This document shows positions 38,101 through 49,300 of a stretch of DNA of 64,000 nucleotides, piece by piece. The notes below the pieces were generated by a model that worked only from the letters and a program-made list of their open reading frames with translations, ran no database searches and was not told where the DNA came from. Both the position numbers and the translations under genes were made by a program. Source of the DNA: Chrysomallon squamiferum (lineage: Eukaryota > Animalia > Mollusca); contig CM022669.1 of the NCBI GenBank assembly GCA_012295275.1, forward strand, positions 1,860,001-1,924,000. Direction: 5' to 3'. Position 1 is the stretch's first letter. Each line of letters starts with the position of its first letter.

Positions 38101-39112
38101 GTGGCAGTATGTTCTTGACTAGCACCTTGTTAACTGTTTAATTTTAAATGTTTTCTTTATTGTATGTGTGTATGTATATATATATATATATATATATACA
38201 CAGGGTCATTCAACAGTCCCGCTATACTTTTAAATTTTAATTAAATAAAAACAGCTTTACAGATTTGAACAAAATTAGTTCAGAACTTTCTATAGACTGC
38301 TACAATTTGTCCCATAATGAAAATATCCCTCTTCTTCTGTTTTCTTAGGCTCTGTAGACTTCAATGTGAGTGCCTTCTTTTTTGAGACACATTGCCCACC
38401 TCTTCAAGCATTCTTCTCCAACTCCGACCTACCCATCTATCAGGGAACTTGTGATTCAAGAAATTGCGAACTGCTTTAGCATAATGTGGAAGAGCACCAC
38501 CATCCTGTTGGAAAAGATCGCAATTTCTTGAATTACAAGTTCCCTGATAAATGGGTAGGTCATCAAGGACCTTAGTGGGCGCCGCGTTCTCTAAATTTGA
38601 CACCCTGTGACTTCTTTCAGTGGGGCTTCCTGAAAAGCAAAGTCTATGCATCAGGAGTGTTGAAGAGTTAGAGGAACATTAAGGAATGCCTGCAATCTTG
38701 TTACAAGAGAGATACTGACTGGAGTTTGAGAGGAATGCTTGAAGAAGTGGGCAATATATCTTGATAAAGAAGGTGCTCATGTTGAAATCTATAGAGCCTA
38801 AGAAAACAGAGGAGGAAGCATTTTTTCGCTATGGGACAAATTGTAGCAGTCTATACATATACATATATATATTTTTTAATATTATGAACATAAAATTAAT
38901 ATAATTTAGGTGAGATGTACATTCCATTTGCTGAGATGCCAAATTTGAGAAATATTGTACTAACAGGCGAGGAACAAAATGAATCTGTTTATAAAGCACT
39001 GACAGAAGGCGAAGGGTCAATTCCTCAATACCAGAAACCCCAGGGCAATGATGCAGTGGTTGACTTTAGTGGAGGAGCCAATAAAAGTGGTTTTAAGCCA
39101 GTCTATGATTAA
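35155..39112 (+). CDS. FAM221B: FAM221B-like Cys/His-rich protein, frameshifted at ~36611 in this sequence
   Basis: Exons 35155-35199, 35506-35659, 36266-36406 (YTMRKIEPAK..FARAM..LFDPE), 36596-36702 (GIYIG/CPEFKHDC..CFCGHLL), 36985-37182 (PSRPEDIGEFW..WRCKCKCKHTHEEH), 37748-37867 (SNFLCAACDRHWENHETFF), 38910-39112. Motifs match FAM221B. The start exon is less certain. Confidence 0.88.
38201..38855. mobile_element. Rearranged fold-back Tc1/mariner remnant in the last FAM221B intron
   Basis: Starts CAGGGTC after a (TA)n run. The minus strand encodes FQQDGGALPHYAKAVRNFLNHKFPDRWVGR and the plus strand WAPRSLNLTPCDFFQWGFLKSKVY, both mariner-type catalytic motifs; long inverted arms. Confidence 0.88.
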
Positions 39113-40267
39113 TTACTTCACCATCACATTTGACAGCACTGCAGAAACTGACTTCAGATTAGGTGTTAATAGTTTCTAGCCAATTAATAATTAAGTGGTC
39201 TTCAAGTTTATCATTTATGCAGTAGTTAACTTCTGTAATGTAAATAAAATGGTTTCAAGGCACTGTAATTAAAATGAATTATATTTGTTTTATTTTATTG
39301 CTTTAGATCTTATTTTTATTCCAGTTTTGTTAGTAAAATGTTATTACTTATTTTTTTAACCGTTTTATTGTTTTGTTATATATATTATAATCCAGGTGAT
39401 TTGTTTATTGTTTGTTGCCTGTTGTGTCAAGGTAACGTTATTTATGTTTTTCTAAAATTAAACACCAACTCTGACATCATACCAAAAATTAATGATCTGT
39501 TGCTTTATTTATGAAACATTTCACTGTCATATTCTATTTTATACTTCATATTTGTGGAAGATATTTTTTTTTTAGTAAATGGTGCTTTTGTACATCACTG
39601 TAGCTATTTTGTGACATTGTTAATAACTTACAATAAAAATTTATTTGTATACTTTTATTATTTTATTTATTAACTTACATCTGTTTTGTTTTTTACTGCT
39701 ATTTTTACCAATTCATAATTTCTTTTTTAACACAGAAGGGAAAAATATATATACCATTTTTATTCATTCAAATGTATTTCTATGAAACACTTCCAGACTG
39801 AGTTATTTAATGGAAACAAATGATTCAGGGATTGAAAACATTTCTGGTGACAATGATTGTTGATACACTCAAGCAGTGTTTCTCCAACAGAATACAGAAA
39901 CTCAACCAAATAGTTTTAATTTATTTAATGACTCCAGAACCTCATTTTGATCTCTGTGTTTCCAGTCACACACAGTTTACTAAAGGTGATCTAATTCCTG
40001 TGTTTCCAATTGCTGGACATGACATGGAACTGCTGAATTAAACTGAACGTAAACTCTGGCATATACTTGTGTAAATTTAAATACCTGACTATATGCTTCT
40101 ACCAGTATCTGAATAGGTACATCTGTGCGAACATGTCTGTGTGTATGAATGTACTTGTGCATCTAAGTACGTGTGAAAGCATACGCTTGCAGTATATATA
40201 TACATACAAACACACAATTCATACATGTGTACCTAATACCATTCAGTTAATTCAAACATAGCATAAG

Positions 40268-40271
<4 letters not shown>

Positions 40272-40299
<28 letters not shown>

Positions 40300-40415
40300 A
40301 TATCTATATGTATATATATATATATATGTACATATGTATGTGTGTATATTTATGTGTGTATATATGTATGTGTGCATATGTATGTATGTATGTGTATGCA
40401 TGTATTTATGTATAA
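40272..40415. repeat. (TG)n/(TA)n/(TATG)n compound microsatellite
   Basis: Direct reading; source of the CV/YI-rich ORFs. Confidence 0.9.
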
Positions 40416-40559
40416 ACACAAGCACACACATGAAAGAAATCGCACCATATTTATTTTGTGTTTATAGTTAAAAAAACAACAACTTGAAAGGACTTTTGAA
40501 AACCCAATTTATTCATATACTAAAAATATAATAGACATAGCATTATCACTCAACCTCCT

Positions 40560-41200
40560 GGCTGGGTGTGCACACATTTGACTCGCTTGTCGGGAGGCTC
40601 ACCACGAGCAGCATTGAGGAGAGTTGTACTGACTTGGGCAGCATCTGGTTGAAGCCAGTGAATTAATTTCCACATAGAAGAATGGGAAACATCACACAAA
40701 TGTTCAATTCTGTGATTCCATGACTCACAGAGATTGTTAGTGCGCTGCTAGCCATCAAGGGTGACCTGGTGAACATTCCATGTCTGTGGAGGGAAGCGTG
40801 GAAGGATATGGCAGAGCATGATGACATCTTGTCCTTCACTATCCGGACTGGGTAAGGTGGTAGAAACATCCTTGTACAGTTACATGGTCTCCTAGCACCA
40901 TGGCTATGTCAAAGTCTATGACTACAGTGGAAGGATCAGGATCTTGGTGCAGTTCAGAACACTTGTTGACAATAGCGTGTAATATGTTTTCGTAGGTCTC
41001 TTGCAGTTTCCTTTGGAGTAGAGATAGAGCATTCCCCAAGGGACGGTGTATAACATACAGCTGGCAGAACCCAAGAGGAGCACCAGCATTGTTCCCATCC
41101 ATGAAACAGGTCTCAGCAGTTGATACATGTTGCAGAGTGTCACTGGCACCAAATATGATGATTATGCATTATTATCTGGATGTTTGACATAGATGAGGAA
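40560..41200 (-). mobile_element. Decayed Mutator-like (MULE) transposase
   Basis: Fragments PLGFCQLYVIH, LLQRKLQETYE, VVIDFD, VQGCFYHLTQS and downstream WNVH..RTNNLCESWN..WKLIHWLQ, broken by frameshifts. Confidence 0.82.
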
Positions 41201-42388
41201 CTGTTGATGATGAGATCTCTAAGAGTTTCAGGTTGAGAAAGGATGCAGCCAAGTCTCTGACTCTTCCCTGCCAGTGACATCAATTCTGACCACTTTGTTG
41301 CTAGTTATAACTTCATCATGAACAATTTTCTAATGAAAGTTAAGATATTTTCATTGGTATTTATAAGAAATATATCTGCTTGTAATAGAAATGCTCAGTG
41401 GGAAGCCAGAGGTGCAATTATGAATTGTTTTCATAAGCAGCACTTAACTGATTATCTTATTGCTGTGGACTGAACAGAAATCATCAAACATAATGTAAAG
41501 ATGTGTAGTAAACACCATTAATGCATCTGTGGTTCCTTTCTCTTTGTTTAGACTTAAAGTACTTGTGTAATTCCTCCAAGACATGTGGGACATTAATATA
41601 GGGAAATACTGTCACTGGGGCTATCTTAAGAAACTCAGGACAGTAATGGTCTAGAAGTATTTTTCATAGATGTGAACATGTCTGTATGTATGCTATCAGT
41701 GTGACTGTGGTAAAAGATAGTTCAAGAGGGATAAGAGAAAACATCTGGCAAGGGAGAAACACATTTGAGTCAATTCTCTGAAATGTAATTACAATAATAT
41801 CATCTATAACATTGCACTGTAATTGTCTATCATGTTGTACAATGATACAGAGGAATTAAAGATATGATAGAGATTGAACTTGTGTAGTATATATACATAC
41901 ATAAATACATACATATATACATACACACACACACCACCCCCCCCACCCCCACACACAAATTAATACATAAGACATGTTCATACAGATGTATCTGATGTTA
42001 ATATGCATACCAGTTAAAATATCCTCCAAAATGATATCATTCTGTGTCAGTTCAAATATGATATATATATCAATGTGAGTGTGTGTGTGTATATATATAT
42101 ATATGTACACCCACACACATATAATCTTATGCTATGTTTGAATTGACTCTGTGTGTGTGTGTGTGTGTGTGTAAAATGTATCTATGTATGTGTATTTATG
42201 TAATATTAAACTCTGATATAATACTGTACTTTGTTAAGCAAATCCAAGTGGCTGAGTGATGCTATATTTTAATATATATGTACGTAACAATATTGCATGA
42301 ATAAACAGTATTTTCAAAAGTACTTTTAATTTTTTTTATCAAAGCAACTATACAGAAAAAATAAATAGGGTGCCATTTTTTCCTACAA

Positions 42389-42390
<2 letters not shown>

Positions 42391-42425
<35 letters not shown>
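42391..42425. repeat. (GT)n microsatellite
   Basis: Direct reading; similar (CA)n tracts near 9822, 17884 and 19490. Confidence 0.95.
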
Positions 42426-42426
<1 letters not shown>

Positions 42427-43194
42427 TGACATTTGATCATAAACAAAAGTTTTGATTTTTGTGTTGCCAAAATGTTTTTAGTAAATCAACAGTTGGCATT
42501 CCCGCTCCCCCTATTTTATAATGAGTCATGGGTTTTCTACCTCTATCAACCCCTTATGAGCAACTCAGTTATGACTGATGACCCTTTAAAATTTCTGATA
42601 CAATAATAGCTAGGGTTACCACATTTTCATCAACCAAAGTCAGTACAAAAGGAATCTATATTCATTATGACGGGTCCAAAACCTAGATACACGTTTTTAT
42701 TTAGACCTCCTTCCAAGTTAAATTGAAAAAAGCTAAAACATATCCCCTCACTGAAGAACGATCTCGCGACCCCCACGTTGAAAACCTATGCAATAAGTGG
42801 TTGGTGTTTTAACCTTTGCAGATTAACAACTCAAGTCGCGGTTTCTTTTCTTTTTTCTGTTTTCTCCTTCTTCTTTTAACATTATGTTCAAGTCCTTAAA
42901 ACAAAAACAAACAAACCAAAACAAAACAAAATATTTGAAAAACATGAACAACAAAAATATTTATAATTCTTCGAAATACAACTCTAAACTAAAGTCTGTC
43001 ACTATGTTCGTAACAAGTTCAAGCTGCATCTAACCGTTTGCAGTGTCATGTTTCACTGGCTTTTAACTGCTATCTTTTATAATAATTTGTCTGGTATGTT
43101 GCACACAGAAAATTACATTAATTAGCGGCTTTCTTTAATTACCTTTCCCGACAAATATATTTTCTTTGGTGATCAAACTCAAGAATGAAATCAA

Positions 43195-43300
43195 AAACTT
43201 TTCCGAATAAGATCTCGTAACATTTCGGAATATCTCGAAATCTAAAATTTGACCGATATTTTCCGAATGGAAAACGCTAGAACGGGAACAAAAATGGCCG
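43195..43300 (+). promoter_or_regulatory. MYEF2 proximal promoter/5'UTR with ETS-like TTCCG motifs and a YY1-like motif over the start codon
   Basis: CpG-enriched; TTCCG at 43201 and 43261, CGGAA near 43226; AAAATGGCCG at 43291-43300. Confidence 0.45.
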
Positions 43301-46300
43301 ACCTAAGTTACGACGAAAATGTTGTGGACAATGGAAATAGAGATTATTCACCCGAAAGAACTCCTTCTAAACAAAGCAGAAGGTATTCTATTGCAGAACA
43401 ATTGACAGAACATTTTTCAGATAGAGTAAATGAATTAGCAGTCGTAACTTTTGGATTACATTAGTGTTTAATAATTAAAATCATGAAATATTAAAATCGA
43501 AGCAGAAGTCATTTTTATGAAATCATGTTAATGGATTTTTATTAGAAATCGCTCTGTTGATACGTTTGTGACTTACTTGACACAGTAACAATAACAATAA
43601 TTGTTGCTAATCTGTTAATCAGTTAAACTACATTGATCAACTAAGTGAAATGAATAATAATAATTACTATTTATATTTTTAATAAAACTCACTGGCAGCT
43701 TGAATGAAAGTCACAAAGAACTCATGTTCAAGTTGTTGTTACTAATTTATAGTCATCGAAACAGGTCAGTAATTCAGTTATCTCGATGTAGCATTCTTTG
43801 TATGGCAGTTTTATATTCCGAAAATTCCTGCAGTTTTAATCGTTAATCCCAACTTAATGAAGCAAAACTATGACCAGAGTTAATTAAATTCAAATATTTC
43901 TAGATCGTTTAAAACGCAAGATACGTCACACTAGGTGCATGAAAACTGAAATTACAATTAAATTTGTTCTCAGTGTCAGTTTCTATCAATGAAAAGTGCA
44001 TACCTTTCAAGTCTTACCTTTCACTATACAGTATTATGAGTATACTGCAAGAGTGATAAAAAATGTTTATTCTAAATCAGAAGTGCAATGGCTTGCTGGC
44101 AAAACTTCAGTCTCTTACTTTCATTTATATAGCCAAGTAAATGTATTTGTTTCCCAAAAGCGGTAGAAAACTTTCACAAAAAACACTGGTAAAGACTTTT
44201 GATAATTCCAAGCAACAAAGACCTTTCAAAAATATATAATTGAAAACAGTAATATTCCATCTCTTTAAAAGACAGTGAAATTGAAGCTTAAGGTGTCTAC
44301 TCAATCAATTGGTCTGCATTGAGAGATGTAACTAGAGCTTGTTTTCTGCTGAACCATGCATTAAATCATGGTAGTTATATCAAAGATTGAATTTTTTAAC
44401 CAAATGAATGATCTAATCAGACTAGTGTAAATAAATAATTTTTCTAAGATTGGTTTCACATATCAGTATAATGCAATTTGCACAGAAATGAAAAAGAAAA
44501 TAGTTTGACAGATGATATTAAATAAGCCTTGTCAGAAACAATCTTATTTCAGAATGGACCATTAAAAATTGAGATTCACTGAATAGTTGTTTTTTTACAA
44601 ATATATGACCTTCATTCAAGATTAGGTTTGGAAGTGAAAAGTGCTAGCGTATCTTATTATTTATTATTTTCTTTCCTGGGATTTATGTGAAGATATTTTT
44701 CATTGTAACATTAAAAATACTTTTAAAGCAAAATGAAATTTTTTAAAGCAAAGCAGTGGAGAAATATGTGAAATGAGTTACTAAAAAGTTAAAATATAAA
44801 AATGTACTAACTAGTAAAATGTGACAGCACATGATAAAATTTGGATGACATATTTATTACCATAACTTAAATTCCAAAACTGTACTCCTTGAGATTTTGA
44901 GTTGGTGGCAGAGAGAGGCATTCTTCTGTCTGGCCATTTGATCCAGACTGTTGAACATAATGAAATCTATTCATGTGTATGTCAAATTTTTTTTATCTGG
45001 TAACTATTTGTAAATATATGAAAAAAAAAAGTATAGACTTTAGTACTAGAGTGTTACAGTAACTGGGAGTTTGTCTGCTTGTTAGGAGAGGTTTTAATCA
45101 GTCTGTTGGTACATTTTTTTTGTGTGTGTGCTGGTGCTGATATAAAAAGATCCTATAAAACTATTACCTAATTCAGTTTTCACATTAACTAACTTTTCTT
45201 ATAATTAAATAGGCAGCTATACTGTCATTATAATGCCTGTATACAAAAAAGTTCCTTGTTTACAAAGTAGGTCCAGTGATGGGTTCCAGTCTATAGCTCT
45301 TTATTTTCAGGTCAGGTTTCTTAATAAAATTCCAGAATAATAACTTGCAGATAATACCTTTTACTTTACTTTTAAATACAATCAGCATTGTAGGTGTCTT
45401 TCTTTTCATTTCTTATTTTATTCTTGTTACAGATCACGATCAAGATCAAGGTCACCCATTCGGAGATCAAGATCAAGGTCTCCTAGACGACGACGATCAC
45501 TTAATCTGATATCAAAGCGTGTAATGGTCAGCAATATCCCTTATGAAATGAAATGGCAGCATATCAAAGATATCTTCAGAAAAGAAGGTATTTGTTAAAT
45601 ACAGATTGTTAGTTTTAACAGCATTACAGGTATATGTAATCTAACATTAAGATTAATTAAACCATAACTATATTTTTAAATAAGATGTTTCAACTTCATC
45701 TGAACCTGAACATTTCTAAAAATAAAAAAAATTTTGAAAGGAAAAGTAAGTTCAGCATGATTAGTTGTAAAATAATGTCACATCTTTTTGAATTTGTAGT
45801 TGGTGATGTAGCCTACGTGGATATGTTTGAAACGCCAGATGGAAAATCTCGTGGTTCTTGGTTTGTATTGATTCATTTGATGCACTAGACCAATCTGTAC
45901 TTTAAATATCTAAATTGTAATCATATATCCTTTAAAGTAGGAATTAAAACTAGTTTATGTCAGTATAAACAGAAATATTAATAGAACTTGGAAGGCAAAA
46001 TTATCCATATTTGTTAATTTTGTGCATTTATCTCACAAAACTGATTACTTAAGTTTTCACATTAAGTAATATCATTCTTATTATATGCTGTATATCAAAA
46101 TGCAAAATTTTTGTAGTGTCACTAAACATTTTTTTTAATCTTTCAGTGTTGTTGAAATGAAAACAATGGATCTTGCCAGAAAAGCAATAGAAATCATGCA
46201 TCGATTTAAAGTCAAGGACAGATTCCTCATAGTCAGAGAGGTATAAGTCATATTAATGAAACAACGATCATTAATTTCTTATGACTTAATTTGTTTATGA

Positions 46301-49300
46301 TTGAAGTCAGGCAGTTTAATGTTTACTAATCATGTTGAAAGATAAGGAAATAAGCATTAATTTACAAAATTCTTTTGCTTGATAATTATATATAAAATAG
46401 CATTTCTTAAATCACCATCCATATAATGAATTATGTTGCTGTTAGGTAGAAAATTAATGTTCAGTTAAAGGGAGATACAATGATTCTATCTGTAGTTTTT
46501 AATAAAAATTCTGATTTGGCTGAAATTTTAACACAATGTCTGTATTAAAAAGAGATGTATAAAATCTAAAAAAAAAAAAAAATCAAACTCTCAAGAGGCC
46601 CAGATTAGGTCAATGTTACTGTTTACGATCCATAATTGATAGGTTAAATGCAGATAAATAGTTAAAATGCATCTGCATGTTATAGCACAGAGGTTTTGTT
46701 GTGTTTCTGTTTATAGGTGGGTTTCTTTTTCATACTTTTTAAATGTTCTTACAAAATTTGTAAATAGCAAATGAATATTTTTGTATCATAACAGAGTTTT
46801 TTATCAATATTTCTCTGTTATGGGGAATAGTGTTATGAAAAACATCTGAAACTTTCAAAATATTCTGTTGAGAATTCACTGAGATCTATGCAAAAAGCAT
46901 AGCCAGGGTAATAATATTATACATATCTGAGAAAATTGATGTTAAATGTTATTGTCCAGACGTTATTTTTTTCTCACTGCCTTCTGAGCACATCAGTGCT
47001 GTTCTTTTTTTGCATCTGTGACCTTTCTTGAAAGTAACTACATATTTATGCTTACTGTCTGACATTTTATCTAAGTAAATTTCTGTAAAATAGCATAGAA
47101 ACAACTGATCAAATTTCATAAACAATGGTGTCAGACAGGTAAGCAAAGAAGCTTGGGTTTGAAGTCACATGACACATTTAGCTAAACATTGCCACTTGTT
47201 CAACACTCAGCTGACAGTTTACATCAGGAATGTCCAATACATCAATAGTGATTGACCAGCCAATCGCCAATGTAGGGTGGATAGATTGTCCACTATTCAT
47301 TGCAGATCTTCAGAGTAAGGTAGTGACCATAGATGTATTCAGTTCTGTTGTGCTGTAAGGTTCATCCAGTGATGCAAGGTGTGCCAAACATATATTGATT
47401 ATATAGAGTATAGTCAGTATATATACAAATAAATACAGGTAGATCATTTTGTCTGTTCATTTTAAAAGTAACTCGCAAGCTGAAAAAGTGTGAGCATCTC
47501 TGGTTTACATATAGCATGGCCTCCTTTTCTAGCTAATAATTCATGGAAATGGCACAATATTTTGAAAAAAACACTATACTGTCATACAGTATGAAAGTAC
47601 AGTATACAGAATGTTAACAAAGGTTCAAAATGGAGGCAAATATGTTTTCAAAGGAATCATTTTTCAATAGATTTTGCATCACTTAATGTAAACAGAGGAA
47701 ATACAGTACAAGTGTTGCACAAATCTATTTTTTATCGTGCAAATAAGCATCTCAAATTATTAATTTTAATTTTTTTATTTTTAGTTGAATGATCTGAAGA
47801 TATTGTTCCAACAGAATTTATTTTATCACTGTTCATTTATTTGGCAGGAGCGAGAAAGCGACCTTAGAAGACCTGACATGTATGGTCAAGGAGGTGGTGC
47901 TGGAGGTGGACTTGGGAATATGCCTCAAGGAGGAAGTGGCAATGTTGGTCTTGGTATGGGTGGTGGTGGGGGTGGCAGTGGAGGTGGCCTTGGAATCAAC
48001 ACTGGAGGAAGAATGTTAGGCAACCAGAACATAGGAATGGGTGGTCCCATTGACAATAGAATCCTTCAGCAGCTTGGAATTGAAGGACCTCTCACAAACA
48101 CAGTTTTTGTTGCAAATGTTAATATTATATCTTTTTTATAAACTGATTTTTATCTTAATTACATATCTGATATCACACTCTTTTGGTTAATTACAATATT
48201 GAAAGTAATTTTATCTTTTTATATTTAATAGATTTCTAATTCAAAATTCTGTCATTAGTTTTAGCTTCACTGAGTGATGTATGTAACTAGAATGCATATA
48301 ATAGGATATTTTTGTCTTGGTTATAGTTGGATTTTCGAGTGACTTGGCGTAAACTTAAAGATGTTTTCAAACTGGCTGGTAATGCAGTAAAGGCTGATAT
48401 TAAGGTAGATAAAGATGGTAAAAGCCGTGGTATGGGAACAGTACAATTTGAAACTCCATTGGAAGCTGTGCAGGCAATATGTATCCTTTCACTGCTACAA
48501 AAGAGAATTTTGCAGTTACCTAAGATTTTATGTACCTATTTATCACATCTAATAACTATGAAACAAACACATTTTCTGTGTTTGAAATGTAACTATCAAT
48601 TATTATGTTCTTACCTCTTAAACATATGTGCATCATTTGCTTCTCAATGAAAATGCATTTTGTGCCTGCAACTTCTCAGATATTTTTATTTCATATATAA
48701 AAATTAACAAAACTGTCAAAGTTTTAATTGACAAAAACATATCTGTATATTTGAGAATGCATATAAAACTTTTATTTATTGATAGCTTTAGTAAACCTCA
48801 TTACTGATATTTAAAAAAAAAAAAAAAAATTTTAGAGAAAGGAAGAAAAACAACAATGGAAAGTCTTTAATCTTTAACATTTAGCTATGTTTAATGGCCA
48901 AACACTCTATGATCGTCAGATGATGGTTAGATTGGATAAGGTTGATGAACCTAAACCTCCAATTCCAAGGTTGCCTAGTAAGTCTTTTTTAAATGCCACT
49001 GCAGTAAATAGTTTCAAAATTAATAAGTATATTAAAAATATAAAAATATATAAATTTATAAATTTATAAATATAAAAACCTTTGTCTATAATATACATAT
49101 AATATTTTTTTAGTACTCAGAGAGTAACAATGTTTCTGTTAGAAACTTTTATTTGATTATTTAATCTGATATTTTTATTTATTTTTTACATTCATATTAT
49201 TAGTTAAAATAGGTAAGATATTTTTATTTAATCTGAATAATTTCAGGTGGCTTGAAGTCTATAGGTATGGGTCTTGGTATTGGTGGAGCACCATTGCAAA

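Noticed and set aside
42611-42790. hAT-like terminal motifs (TAGGGTTACCA; CGCGACCCCCACGTTGAAAA), also near 58348
   Set aside because: No paired termini or 8-bp TSD found.
45297-45320. AG|GT recursive-splice-like sites (also 49212)
   Set aside because: The introns are short and such motifs arise by chance.
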